Shown: positions 48,210 through 58,736, counted from the stretch's first letter. The stretch is 64,000 bases of DNA from Aureispira anguillae (GCF_026000115.1 NZ_AP026867.1:2585716-2649715); one strand, 5' to 3'. The notes: generated from the letters alone by a model not told the origin. Program-made: numbers and translations.

Positions 48210-49169
48210 TTGAGTGTATTACGGAAAAACTATAAAATGAAACATACCTTTTTTATATTATTTTCCATGATTACTCAAATGGCAATTGGGCAAAAAATTG
48301 AAAAGATTTATCTCAATGAGAACGATAGCACAACAAACTGTTATTTGACCGTTTCTCCTCAAGAAATCCCATGTAAGGGATACCTATTTCTTATACCAAG
48401 TTTCTATGAATCACCTGAGCACGTAATGGAACAAACGGACTTGCCTATTTTAGCAGCCCAAAAGGGTATCTTAACAATAATACCAACATTTAAAACAGGA
48501 CTTGCATCTTTTGGAATAGATAGCTTAACCCAGCTTTCTCTTAAAGAAATTATAGAAGATGCTCACATTAGATATAACTTGAAAAATTTAAAATTCTATA
48601 TTGGAGGATTTTCAATTGGAGGGAGTTGTGTTGTTAAATTTGCAGAAGATGCTGTAAAAGACAATTATCAACATCAACCTAATGGAATTTTTGTAGTTGA
48701 CCCACCATTAGATTTTATAAGGTTTTATAATTCTTACAAGCGAACTTTGAGAATTGCTCCGAATTCAGGACTTCGAAAAGAAGCCATTTACATGACAGAA
48801 AGGATTGAAAAAGAAATGGGAGGAACGCCCTCTACTAATCTACAAAACTATATAGACAAATCACCTTACTGCTTTACTGACACCAATCAAACAGCCATAA
48901 AACAAATTACGAATATTCCAATCCGATATTATACTGAACCCGAATTAAATTGGAAAATGAAAAAATATGGTAGTAGCGATTTTTCTGATATAAATGGATT
49001 GGATGGTTCTTGTATGATTAATGAATTAGTACTTTTAGGTAACACAAATGCACAATTGATTCTTACAAAAAACAAAGGATATCGAAAACCAAATCATAGG
49101 AAACAGCCTCATTCTTGGAGCATTATAGATGATGAGGAATTAATTCAATGGTTACAAAGTTTGCAATAA
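48210..49169 (+). CDS. secreted alpha/beta-hydrolase (esterase/lipase-like)
   Basis: signal peptide; GFSIGG (GxSxG) nucleophile elbow. Confidence 0.5.
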   Translation: MSVLRKNYKMKHTFFILFSMITQMAIGQKIEKIYLNENDSTTNCYLTVSPQEIPCKGYLFLIPSFYESPEHVMEQTDLPILAAQKGILTIIPTFKTGLASFGIDSLTQLSLKEIIEDAHIRYNLKNLKFYIGGFSIGGSCVVKFAEDAVKDNYQHQPNGIFVVDPPLDFIRFYNSYKRTLRIAPNSGLRKEAIYMTERIEKEMGGTPSTNLQNYIDKSPYCFTDTNQTAIKQITNIPIRYYTEPELNWKMKKYGSSDFSDINGLDGSCMINELVLLGNTNAQLILTKNKGYRKPNHRKQPHSWSIIDDEELIQWLQSLQ

Positions 49170-49239
49170 TCTGAATTTGTCTTACTCTCCAAATAAATCA
49201 TGAGTTCTATAAATAAGGTGAGTATTACTTATTTTAATA

Positions 49240-49345
49240 CTCCGCTGATTAGTTCCCTGTGGTCATGAGCGCTACGCTTAGTTATTCCCTACGGTCATGA
49301 GATAGTTTTTTAGTTCGCTATGCTCATGAGACAGTTAACAAAAAA
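49240..49345. repeat. three imperfect about 30-bp direct repeats
   Basis: tagttccctgtggtcatgagcgctacgct / tagttattccctacggtcatgagatag / tagttcgctatgctcatgagacag. Confidence 0.5.
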
Positions 49346-49393
49346 ACCATTTCATTGATTATCAAGTTGATACAATTTTCTAACGGAGTAATG

Positions 49394-52267
49394 TTATTCT
49401 GAAATAAACCGTTTTGCTAAAACTGTAGTAGAGGGATATTTTAAGAGATTAGCCCAAGGAACTAACAAGTCATATTTTTGATTTTTTGTCTTCTCATTTT
49501 TAAGGTGTAAAAAGACACCTTCTTTTGATAATGAAAAATCTTCATTGATTTCATCAACCCACTTTTCGGGATTCGCACAATCCAATAATAAATCATCTCT
49601 AGCTTGGATAGATTTGACTAATTCATTAAGTAAAATATCACGATTCCCAAAAACATCTAAGATGGATAGTTCTTTTACTTTCTCGTCGATTAACGCATAG
49701 TTTTTCCACTCGTAAATAAGGCGATGGGTAAAGTAGCCTCCATCAAAGCTCATTTCGTCAACCCTCTGACATATTTGATAGGAATAAGCTTTTTGGTTAG
49801 CATATTTAACATCAATTTCTGGTTTTCTAAGTATATCTCCCGACCAAAGGTTAACCCCTTTGGTTGGTTTAAAATCAACGTCATTTACTCTTAATAATTC
49901 AAAGGATAAATGTTCGCCAATTTTAGTATTGGCTAAAGACCTAAATAAAGTTGTATCTCTATGCATTGATTCTAATCTTTTTAAGATTAGTGCTTGTATT
50001 CGATTGTCTGTAAATAGTTTAGGGTTACCTTCCTCATAGGCAATTAATTTTCCTTTTTTGTTGATCAATAGACGAATAAGTTTGCGTCCTAAGTAAAAAC
50101 TAGAAAAATTTTGGTAAGAAGTTGGAGAGATAGCTTTAAGTAGTTTTTTTCCTTCGAAATCTATAATTTGATAATCCGTATCGTTTGTTTTGACCAAGTG
50201 GCTCATCTGCCCCATGTCGCAAAATTCTTGATATTTAGGTTTTATAACCCAATTGAAGTTTTTATCTAGCTTTCCAAACTTTCCTTTATATTTAGCAGAA
50301 TATCCCTTTGGTACTTCATCTAAAACAATATTAGAGATTAGGTTACCTAAAGTATCATAAGGTATATAGCCATTTTTTGTGCGTACAAATAAGCAATTAT
50401 AACTCCACCTTTCATGTTGAAATACGATTTCAGTACCAACTGTATCAAGCACAAGTTTTGAATTGAAAACATCTAAAATACCAATTTTTCCTGTCTTTGT
50501 TCTGATCCTGATTTTATTAGAGGATTTTTGTATTTTAACTATTTTGTCAATAAACTTTTTTGCTTTCCACTGATTATTTTCTTTTGCAAATACTAGGCAT
50601 TCTAAATTATCCCAATGGTTGCAGTTAAGGCACAATAAATTTCCAATTTTTTGAACCTGCTTTTGCTGAATTTTTTTTTGTTTATCCTCTGAACGGACAC
50701 TGAAGGCATAAAGTCTTGGATGGTTGTCTATTTCTAAGATATAAGTCTGAGCATCCTTGTAGGCTATTTTGTAATTCACTCTTGCTAAGGATGGAATAGT
50801 GAAAATATCTATTTTGTTTTCCCTATAAAAAAGTATCATTGGATGATGTGACTGATCCTTAAAATAAAGGTTAGGATATGCTATCTGAGCATCATAAATT
50901 GGATCAATCGTTTCTTCTAAGGATACAAGCCCGTATTTATTGCCCTTTCTTGTTATAAAAATAGTACCACGATTCCTGTAAAAACTGATGTATTCATCAT
51001 AGATCGGAGGGATGGTTTTATTAGGATAGACAAAGCCATACTTGTCGTTTTTCTTTGTTAGGAAAATGAAATCATTCTTTCTCTTGTAAGTAATCAATTT
51101 ATCGTAGGCAACTTCAAGTAAAAATTGATTTTTTTGGGTATCAAAAATACCTAGCTTTTTATTTTGTAATACATGAAAATATCTATTGGAATCAACATAA
51201 TTATAACTAAAGTAAATTGAATCGTATTTGGGTTTTAAGTATTCTGTACCATCCAAAGCGTAAAGCCCCCATTTATTCTCAGGGGTTTTAATCAACAAGT
51301 AGTTGTTTTTGTACCTTAATAAATTGTATTGTTTGAATGCTATCGGGCCAAGAATCGTTTTATTCTCTTCAATTATACTTAATTTTTTATCCGTAAACGT
51401 AAGTCTTCTATTTTTGCCAATACGAATGATTAGATCATATTTGGGAGGTAATATAACCCTTCCATCGCAACCTAGGACACCCTTTTTATTATTTTGTTGG
51501 ATAGAGATTCCATCATTATTATTGCATTTACAGTTGCAGCTATAGCCAGTGTTTCTTCCTATATTGTATGGATAATGAGCTAGTTTTTTTCCTTCGTAAT
51601 TGTATAAAGTAGAAGTGTTGTTTTGATATAAAAAAAAGGCACTTGTATCGTTACAATACCTAAGGTCATCATAGATCAAAGGAATGATTATTTCTCCTTT
51701 TCTATTCATGATGCCTACTTTGTGTACATTATCTTTGTTTTTGGAATAAGTACCAGTTATTGGCCTTGTTCGGAATGCACTATATTTAATTTTTTTTCTA
51801 GGAAGAATTACCTTAAAAGCACTATCAACATAAGTTGTGAATTCATTTTCATGAAGAATAAAAGAAGAAGGAAAATCCCTTTCTATTCCATTATAAATAG
51901 GAGGAAGTTTTTTAGAGCCATCTTGGTTGGATATACCACAAGTTTGGTCTTTATAATATAAAATAAAAACTTGATTTCCATGCCTCCAAAAATCCAACCT
52001 CCCATAGAGAGGAGGCAATATTTCTTTGCCAAAAAGATCTAGTAATCCTTTTCCTTCGTGCCCTAAAGATTCGTAAAAAGTAAGCCCATTAGGAGCAAAG
52101 GTTTTATGTAAAAGAATAAATTGAGGTTTTACAACCCACTCTCCTAAATTGTTTTTAAGACCATAAGTACAAGCTATATTGTCTTTCACAATTTTGAGCT
52201 GACTCAATGCACTAGGAATTAAAAAAATAATGAGGATAAAGGAAAAAAATAATGATTTTAGGCTCAT
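49394..52267 (-). CDS. large secreted WG-repeat (KWG-like) protein
   Basis: signal peptide; more than 10 repeats of the type NKWGLYALDGTEYLKPKYDSI, DKYGFVYPNKTIPPIYDEY, GNKYGLVSLEETIDPIYD. Confidence 0.6.
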   Translation of the reverse strand: MSLKSLFFSFILIIFLIPSALSQLKIVKDNIACTYGLKNNLGEWVVKPQFILLHKTFAPNGLTFYESLGHEGKGLLDLFGKEILPPLYGRLDFWRHGNQVFILYYKDQTCGISNQDGSKKLPPIYNGIERDFPSSFILHENEFTTYVDSAFKVILPRKKIKYSAFRTRPITGTYSKNKDNVHKVGIMNRKGEIIIPLIYDDLRYCNDTSAFFLYQNNTSTLYNYEGKKLAHYPYNIGRNTGYSCNCKCNNNDGISIQQNNKKGVLGCDGRVILPPKYDLIIRIGKNRRLTFTDKKLSIIEENKTILGPIAFKQYNLLRYKNNYLLIKTPENKWGLYALDGTEYLKPKYDSIYFSYNYVDSNRYFHVLQNKKLGIFDTQKNQFLLEVAYDKLITYKRKNDFIFLTKKNDKYGFVYPNKTIPPIYDEYISFYRNRGTIFITRKGNKYGLVSLEETIDPIYDAQIAYPNLYFKDQSHHPMILFYRENKIDIFTIPSLARVNYKIAYKDAQTYILEIDNHPRLYAFSVRSEDKQKKIQQKQVQKIGNLLCLNCNHWDNLECLVFAKENNQWKAKKFIDKIVKIQKSSNKIRIRTKTGKIGILDVFNSKLVLDTVGTEIVFQHERWSYNCLFVRTKNGYIPYDTLGNLISNIVLDEVPKGYSAKYKGKFGKLDKNFNWVIKPKYQEFCDMGQMSHLVKTNDTDYQIIDFEGKKLLKAISPTSYQNFSSFYLGRKLIRLLINKKGKLIAYEEGNPKLFTDNRIQALILKRLESMHRDTTLFRSLANTKIGEHLSFELLRVNDVDFKPTKGVNLWSGDILRKPEIDVKYANQKAYSYQICQRVDEMSFDGGYFTHRLIYEWKNYALIDEKVKELSILDVFGNRDILLNELVKSIQARDDLLLDCANPEKWVDEINEDFSLSKEGVFLHLKNEKTKNQKYDLLVPWANLLKYPSTTVLAKRFISE

Positions 52268-52523
52268 GTTTAATATTGAAGGTGTTTAAAATATTATTAA
52301 AACTTGTACTTCAACCGTAGCATTTCTAGAATCTTTAGCTATTTTTAGTCCCATAATTCCATGCATGAAACAAAAAATAAGCTTTGCTCAAAACACTACT
52401 ATCATTTTATTAATGCTAATTATAAAAAAGGATACAGTTTGATTTTTATGAAACCTTTTTTAGATATAAGACACTCAAGAGTTCGAAAAGTGAATAGATG
52501 CTCCATCAATAAAATTGTCAACT

Positions 52524-52650
52524 GATAACAATAGGTTGATGGTGATAGAGATCATTTTTTGACGAAAACGCCTAAGCTGTAAAATACATGATTTTGCTTG
52601 AGTTTTGAGCTAAATTTCGTACTTTACTTCTTCTCCACTCCATATGTGCA
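52524..52650 (+). other. degenerate attC-like site
   Basis: GATAACAATAGG ... gctgtaaaatacatgattttgc ... catatgtgcaaccatt; core not recognisable. Confidence 0.25.
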
Positions 52651-52696
52651 ACCATTAATCGCCAATTAATATATATAAACCTTGTAAGAAATCTCC

Positions 52697-53374
52697 ATGA
52701 AAAAATTTGATCAATTCTTGACTGAATATCAAAAAACATATCGAGAATATGAAAACTTCAACTTAAAGTATATTGAGGATGAAGAAAAAGGTATCGTTAT
52801 TGACGAAGAAAAAAACTTTACAGAATATCAAAAACTTCAAAAAAATTATACGAAAGCCTACGAAAAATTTCACAACTCATTTCTTCAAGAAATTAAAAAC
52901 CAAAACTTATCCCATGAAGTAGAATTCTCTAAAATTCTAACAAAGACAATCAACTCAAAAAACTGGGAACACTTTTACTTAATTAAAGATATTGCTGTTC
53001 CCTATAATACCTATCAAAGTGAACAATATATTAAAATCATAACTTGGACAATTAGCGAAATATTAGAAAGCTCAGCTCTCAGCATAGAAATTGAAAACGG
53101 TAAATTAGAATGGTCAAAAGGCGCAATGCTTGAAGCATTAATTAATGCTCTAAATCTAAAACTAAATCAAGATTTTATTTCAAAAGCTGTTGGTAAAATT
53201 CTCCAAGTAGTAGATGAAGACAACATTGGAAACTACCACTTACTAAAAAAATGTATTTCTATCCTCTCCTATATAAACAATAAAACTGCACGAAAATATC
53301 TAAAGGCAAAAATTCAACTATCTAACGATGAAGAAATTATCACCCACATAAAAAAAGTACTGGATAAAAAATAA
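52697..53374 (+). CDS. hypothetical protein (225 aa)
   Basis: ORF followed by attC inverse core cgacgacaacaa. Confidence 0.45.
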   Translation: MKKFDQFLTEYQKTYREYENFNLKYIEDEEKGIVIDEEKNFTEYQKLQKNYTKAYEKFHNSFLQEIKNQNLSHEVEFSKILTKTINSKNWEHFYLIKDIAVPYNTYQSEQYIKIITWTISEILESSALSIEIENGKLEWSKGAMLEALINALNLKLNQDFISKAVGKILQVVDEDNIGNYHLLKKCISILSYINNKTARKYLKAKIQLSNDEEIITHIKKVLDKK

Positions 53375-53389
53375 ACCGACGACAACAAC

Positions 53390-53704
53390 GTATCAATTTC
53401 ATCAAATTAAGAGCAAAAGCTGGGCTATAATTTGTAAAAAATCTATTTTTAAAGATATTACATTTTAGGTAGGAACACTTTTAAAAGGAGCATACTAAAT
53501 TTGCTATCTATAGGGACAGCACATTCCTTATCTCTAAAATTACATTCTTATCAAGCAAGGTTTCCTCGATTTTAAGTGGCGGTCTAATAGCAAGCTATCG
53601 CAATAAGGGCCATCATCGTTAAACTCAGTAGTTTTTTGTCACGTTTCACACTCTAAACATATGTTTTTTTTGACTATTCTTCTTAACTTTATGGCAGTGA
53701 ACAA
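53390..53704 (-). mobile_element. IS4/IS5-superfamily element, diverged deletion derivative (315 bp)
   Basis: left end atcaatttcatcaaattaagagcaaaagctggg, an internal piece matching the transposase region at 29806-29880, and right end cttaactttatggcagtgaacaa. Confidence 0.5.
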
Positions 53705-53839
53705 TCTGTATGTCTAAACTTCGTGGCATGACCAACGCTGTAAAATCATAAATTTTGTTTGGAGACAGAGCCAATTAGATTCAGTGCATGGCCTTTTGCA
53801 CAGTTTATATATCTGCAAGCAGAACAAAACGAAAATAAT

Positions 53840-54622
53840 ATGACAAAAATTTATCATCTAAATTGTGTTAAAATTGAGTCGCCAATGGGTTCCGCTATTG
53901 GGCATTGTTTACTCATTCAAGAAAATGAAAAACTTGTATTAATAGACTCAGGAATTGGACTTATGGAGTTCAGAGAACCTGAGAAAAGATTAGGAAAAGA
54001 ATTAATTGCCATTACTGGATTTAAATTTGAAGAACGTTTAACAGCAATACGACAAATTGAAAATTTAGGTCTTAACCCTCAGAATGTAGAGCATATAATT
54101 TGTTCACATCTTGACCCTGATCACATCGGAGGACTTGCAGACTTTCCGAACGCAAAAGTTCACGTCTCAAATGAGGAATATGAAAGTTTTAAAAATGGAA
54201 ATGAAAGATACCTACAACAACAACTTTCTCATAATCCAGATTTAAAACTTTACGAATCAAACGATAAAGAATGGTTCGGTCTTCCTGCTCGAAAAGTTCA
54301 TCTAAACTTACAAATAGAAACATATTTAATCCCTTTGTTTGGTCATACTCATGGACATTGTGGAGTTGCAATAAAAGTAAACAATCAATGGATTTTTTAT
54401 ATTGGAGATGCTTATTATTTGCGTGCTGAATTAGAAGATAAAAATCATCCTGTTGATCAATTAGCAACAATTAGAGCAGTAGATAATAATCTGAGATTAG
54501 AGTCCTTAGATAAAATACGAGAAATTATTAAAAACTTTGGTGACCAAATGGAGTATTTTGGTTATCACGATCCAACTGAATTTACAATAGAAAAGCCAGT
54601 AAGTAGCAATCTGCGTAAGTAA
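53840..54622 (+). CDS. MBL-fold metallo-hydrolase
   Basis: start taken as MTKIYHL; CSHLDPDHIGG (HxHxDH) motif. Confidence 0.75.
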   Translation: MTKIYHLNCVKIESPMGSAIGHCLLIQENEKLVLIDSGIGLMEFREPEKRLGKELIAITGFKFEERLTAIRQIENLGLNPQNVEHIICSHLDPDHIGGLADFPNAKVHVSNEEYESFKNGNERYLQQQLSHNPDLKLYESNDKEWFGLPARKVHLNLQIETYLIPLFGHTHGHCGVAIKVNNQWIFYIGDAYYLRAELEDKNHPVDQLATIRAVDNNLRLESLDKIREIIKNFGDQMEYFGYHDPTEFTIEKPVSSNLRK

Positions 54623-54894
54623 TAATGACTTAAGTGATAAAAAAACCTTCCTATAATCGTTTTCCTCCATTGCTTCTTCCAACATCGTATGCATTAGCGT
54701 TATGATAAAAAAGGAAATTCTGATAAAAAAAAGGAATTTTAAATTGATAAAGAAAAAAGGCGTAGAGGGTAGAATTTCCGTTGGTATATTCCTTATTGGC
54801 AAAAAAGGAAAATGAATAAGTGCTCTGTATAAGTATATCACAAAACGAAAATGTAGCATTATTTTTTCAAATAATTCTAAGGAAAAGAAATAAT

Positions 54895-55066
54895 GCAGCA
54901 AAGTGTACAATTTATATCGTTACTCCATGGATACATATTACAAAATCATAGATTTTGCTGCTGGTTTGAAAACAAGTTTACCATCAAAATCTATGATTTT
55001 GCTCAAGGAAAAACTATATTTAAACTGCATATGGTCTACACTCAGTCTATACACGAATCGTTGTAA
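54895..55066 (+). other. attC-like site (long class)
   Basis: GCAGCAAAGTGTACAA ... cAAAATCATAGATTTTGctgctgg ... catCAAAATCTATGATTTTGctc ... tatacacgaatcGTTGTAAat. Confidence 0.5.
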
Positions 55067-55166
55067 ATAATTAAATAGCTGCAAAAGGTTTCAACTATAT
55101 TAGCCATATTTCATGACGGAGAAATCTAAGGTAATTTTACAGAACTTATTGAAATAAAATTGAAAA

Positions 55167-55511
55167 ATGAATAATTCAGAACTCATATTAGTTAAGGCAA
55201 GACTGAAGATGCGGACATCAAACGATGGAGGACGTAAAACTGGGTTTTTATCTGGATTGAGACCTAATCATGTTTTTGAGTATTATGACGATGGATTTTT
55301 AAGGACCTACATTGGTGATATTCAATTTGAAGGGCAAGAACTAATCATGCCTGGAGAGGAAAAGGAAGTGCTTGTTCGATTCCTTGATCATCCATCCATT
55401 CATGTATATCTTCAGATTGGTCGAAAGTGGTGGATACATGAAGGTGCTAGATGTACAGGTGAAGCAGAAATATTAGAAATAAAATTACCTACAACAATAA
55501 CTAAAAAATAA
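55167..55511 (+). CDS. stand-alone EF-Tu domain 3-like (GTP_EFTU_D3 beta-barrel) protein
   Basis: GGRKTGFLSGLRPNHVFEYYDDG ... IMPGEEKEVLVRFLDHP ... IHEGARCTGEAEILEI aligns with EF-Tu domain III [24 protein letters not shown] ... VMPGDNIKMVVTLIHP ... IREGGRTVGAGVVAKV. Confidence 0.5.
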   Translation: MNNSELILVKARLKMRTSNDGGRKTGFLSGLRPNHVFEYYDDGFLRTYIGDIQFEGQELIMPGEEKEVLVRFLDHPSIHVYLQIGRKWWIHEGARCTGEAEILEIKLPTTITKK

Positions 55512-55585
55512 TAGCTACCCTGTAGAACGGCAGTGTTTTTTAACCGAAACATTAGAGAGCTTTATAAATCTCAAAACTAAACCTA

Positions 55586-56572
55586 ATGAAATTTTTATTA
55601 GTCCTAATAATATTATTTTTCGTTAAATATCCTAAAGCTCAAAACTTCAACATCAACAAGCAATTAGGATATTACCATCATGGGAAAATTGATTTTGGTT
55701 ATGATACACTCATTACCCATCATCTAAAATTTAATGATAAAACTGTTCATTTAATACGATCCTATCCAAATGGAAACAAACATTACGAATTCTATAAATT
55801 TGGAGATACTACATTCGTTTATAAAGAGTACTACGAAACTCCCAAAGTAATTGTAGATAATTTTTGGGGAGAAACTACTTGGGATTTAAAAAAGGAAGGG
55901 TTAGTTTATATCAGTGATTCAACTTTAAATGACACAATTACTCTATTTGACCCCGAAACTTTTGAAGCATTCAAATATCTTGATACATTATTGCTACCTA
56001 TTGGAAAATGGGAATTTTATAATCCTAATGGATCACTGCATCAAACTGCCTACTTCTCCACTAAAGGAAGGACTGGAAAATGGGAGATATACAAAAGAGG
56101 TAAAGCTTTCTCATATCCTCAAATTAATCAAATCATCACTTATAAAAATGATTCTATTTTCAAAGATTCGCTTATTAACCGAGTGTTAGAAAAGAATATT
56201 GAAAAAACAGCAGAGAGCTTAAAAGGAATTTGGATTTTTTATGACCCTAAACATAATGGAGGATATGAAATTGATTCAAACTTTCTGCACATGGTCAAAA
56301 TTGAAGCCATGATGGGAATAGGTGATATTTACCAATTTTTGGATAATCAAAAAATTTATTTCCTAAAAACAGATGTCTATAAGACAGAATACAAAAAAGA
56401 AGAAAAGAAAGGCTTAGTAATAAAAAGACATACTAATATAGTTGATGAACTATGGGAAGAATGGACTCTACTTGATTTTGAAACATTGGAAATAACGTTT
56501 AGAAACGAAATTAGAACCTATAAAATAGGTTACTTATCAGAGAGGGAAATCAGTTTAGAAAAAATAAAATAA
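55586..56572 (+). CDS. secreted MORN/YwqK-like repeat protein
   Basis: signal peptide; repeats of the type GKWEFYNPNGSLHQTAYFSTKGRTGKWEIY. Confidence 0.4.
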   Translation: MKFLLVLIILFFVKYPKAQNFNINKQLGYYHHGKIDFGYDTLITHHLKFNDKTVHLIRSYPNGNKHYEFYKFGDTTFVYKEYYETPKVIVDNFWGETTWDLKKEGLVYISDSTLNDTITLFDPETFEAFKYLDTLLLPIGKWEFYNPNGSLHQTAYFSTKGRTGKWEIYKRGKAFSYPQINQIITYKNDSIFKDSLINRVLEKNIEKTAESLKGIWIFYDPKHNGGYEIDSNFLHMVKIEAMMGIGDIYQFLDNQKIYFLKTDVYKTEYKKEEKKGLVIKRHTNIVDELWEEWTLLDFETLEITFRNEIRTYKIGYLSEREISLEKIK

Positions 56573-56796
56573 ACTTCCTATAGCTATTCAGACCACGATA
56601 AGCTCTTAAATTTAGGGTTTGCGCTCCAACCATAAAATCGTAGGGTTTGCTCTTTGGGAAAGCTTATAGTGTAATGTGCACTATTGTCAGGCAGTTGAAA
56701 ACTCCATAAAAACAGCCTTTAATAGCTATCTAAGCAAGATAGGTTATTCAACAGCCTGACGTTAACGGTAATCTAAAAAAATCAAATTATACAAAA

Positions 56797-58200
56797 CTAC
56801 TTTCGTATGATTTTTTGCCCGATAGAACTGCCTTCATCAGTTGCAATACTCATCACATAGGTTCCTTTTTCAAGGTTTAAATTTTGAAGTGTCACAGCAT
56901 TACGATTAGCATCAATAGCTTGGCTAAATACAACCGTACCCGTTATTGAAGATATTATTAACATAGGATTGGAACCTTTGGTTTTGTACTCTACTTTAAA
57001 TTCATGTTCGAATGGGTTAGGATAGCTCTTGATAATTTCAGAAGTTGCGTCTTTTAAATATTTGGTTTCTTTTCGCTTTCTAAATAAAAACACCAAGCTT
57101 CCTGCTAGTAACACCGCTGCAATCCCTAGTCCTGAATAAGTATACATCCGTTGAGCGACTTCATCTTCCTTTTGCTTGAGATACGATACAACGCTTTCTG
57201 GCAAATTTACTTCTATTTCATTGTTGTCTAAATAAATAGAATCAATATTATATACTAACCTAAAGTCTCTTTGGGCCGTTGAAGAAAGATTTTCAGAGGT
57301 ATATCCAAGTTCGTATATAGAAAGTATTTTTTTAGCAATTTTATCATAAATTTCGCTAAGTGTTTTAGAGGATTTTGTATAATGAAAATCTCCCCCAGTT
57401 TCATTACTCATTTTTGAAAGTGCCTCTTGGTTAGCTTGCCCTAAAGCAACTGTATAAATAGGAACTTCTATTGATTTTGCCAAAGCAATTACGTCTTCAT
57501 TTGTTATGGTTGAGCTATTATCCAATCCATCTGACAAAGCAATAATTACTTTGATACCATCTTCCTCTTTTATATTATCTAATGAAACTTTTACTGCATC
57601 ATAAAACGCTGTTGTTGAGCTTGGTTTCATTTTTGAGATTTGTTTGTTGATAACCTCTCTACTATTTGAAAAATCTATTACTTTATCAACGGTATCTGAA
57701 AAACCAACTACTTGAATGAAGTCTTTTTCAATATCCATGGAGCGTACAAATCCTTTAACAGCATTTTTTGCATTGTCAATAGGACTTGCATAATCCTTTG
57801 GGTAAATCTTTTGTCCATATTTTCCATAGGTTCCTAAAAAATTACCCTCATCATCATAAAGTTGATCTTTATCAATCGCCATAGACCCCGAATGATCTAC
57901 GACCAAACCTATTTTTACGGATTCATTTTCTGATATTCTCTTAAGACAATGTATCGGGCAAGAGCTTGACCCTTCAAAAATTTGGACTTGATTTCTACTT
58001 AAATTCCAAATTGGTTCTCCATCCTTAGTTTCTGCATTAAAAACAATTGAAATTTTCGGAAATTCATCAGGATAAACGCCTATGATATTAAGTGAAGCAG
58101 TATCTTTACTTTGAAGATTTAAATCAATATTTTCTTGAGCTTGACCAGAGAAACATAGAAAGATAATAGATAGTATTACAATAAAAAACTTCGTGTTCAT
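56797..58200 (-). CDS. vWA-domain protein with T9SS C-terminal sorting domain
   Basis: signal peptide; vWA MIDAS motif VVDHSGSM; C-terminal YPNPFEHEFKVEY ... GTYVMSIATDEG typical of the T9SS C-terminal domain. Confidence 0.7.
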   Translation of the reverse strand: MNTKFFIVILSIIFLCFSGQAQENIDLNLQSKDTASLNIIGVYPDEFPKISIVFNAETKDGEPIWNLSRNQVQIFEGSSSCPIHCLKRISENESVKIGLVVDHSGSMAIDKDQLYDDEGNFLGTYGKYGQKIYPKDYASPIDNAKNAVKGFVRSMDIEKDFIQVVGFSDTVDKVIDFSNSREVINKQISKMKPSSTTAFYDAVKVSLDNIKEEDGIKVIIALSDGLDNSSTITNEDVIALAKSIEVPIYTVALGQANQEALSKMSNETGGDFHYTKSSKTLSEIYDKIAKKILSIYELGYTSENLSSTAQRDFRLVYNIDSIYLDNNEIEVNLPESVVSYLKQKEDEVAQRMYTYSGLGIAAVLLAGSLVFLFRKRKETKYLKDATSEIIKSYPNPFEHEFKVEYKTKGSNPMLIISSITGTVVFSQAIDANRNAVTLQNLNLEKGTYVMSIATDEGSSIGQKIIRK

Positions 58201-58406
58201 GTTGAAAGGATTATAGGATTAGATTCAATTAATTACCTAGTACAACCTCATTACCATCAAAATAATTCTAATTTATTGTTTTTATCGGTAAAAAAGTAGT
58301 GCTTTAATCCTATTCTAACCTTAAAACAAACAGGTTTATTAACAATGTAGCACATCCGCTACCGTTAGACTCCATCAACCACTACTCAAAAGAAATGCAC
58401 TAAAAA

Positions 58407-58736
58407 ATGATGAATAAAAAATGGGATTGGTATGAATCAAAATACCATTTAGCTGAGATTATAATTCCTATTTTGGAAGCGTATAAAAAAGAATATAACT
58501 TGGAAGGTAGATCTATTCCTTCTTGGTTATTGGATAAAGAAAAGAAAACTCTAACTAACCATGAAATTGAAAAATTGCAAAAACATTGGAATGAAGAGCT
58601 TGACAAAATGATTCTTGCCTTTAAACAAATATTAAATTATAAAATTAGTTTTGATTCCAATCTTGGATATGATGAAAATAAAATTCAAGATGGTCTAAAT
58701 TTGTTTTCTAAATATTTTATGCATCTTTGGGATTAA
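58407..58736 (+). CDS. hypothetical protein (109 aa)
   Basis: ORF. Confidence 0.4.
   Translation: MMNKKWDWYESKYHLAEIIIPILEAYKKEYNLEGRSIPSWLLDKEKKTLTNHEIEKLQKHWNEELDKMILAFKQILNYKISFDSNLGYDENKIQDGLNLFSKYFMHLWD

Noticed and set aside
54506-54910. Minus-strand 134-aa ORF in the A-rich motif region
   Set aside because: Phe/Ile-rich translation of an AT-rich repeat. Overlaps the attC head and has no start context.
10328-56767. Possibility that the recurring CAAAATCGCAGATTTTG palindromes are a CRISPR array
   Set aside because: Copies are tens of kb apart, irregularly spaced, each sits after an ORF inside a larger attC-like unit, and no cas genes are present.
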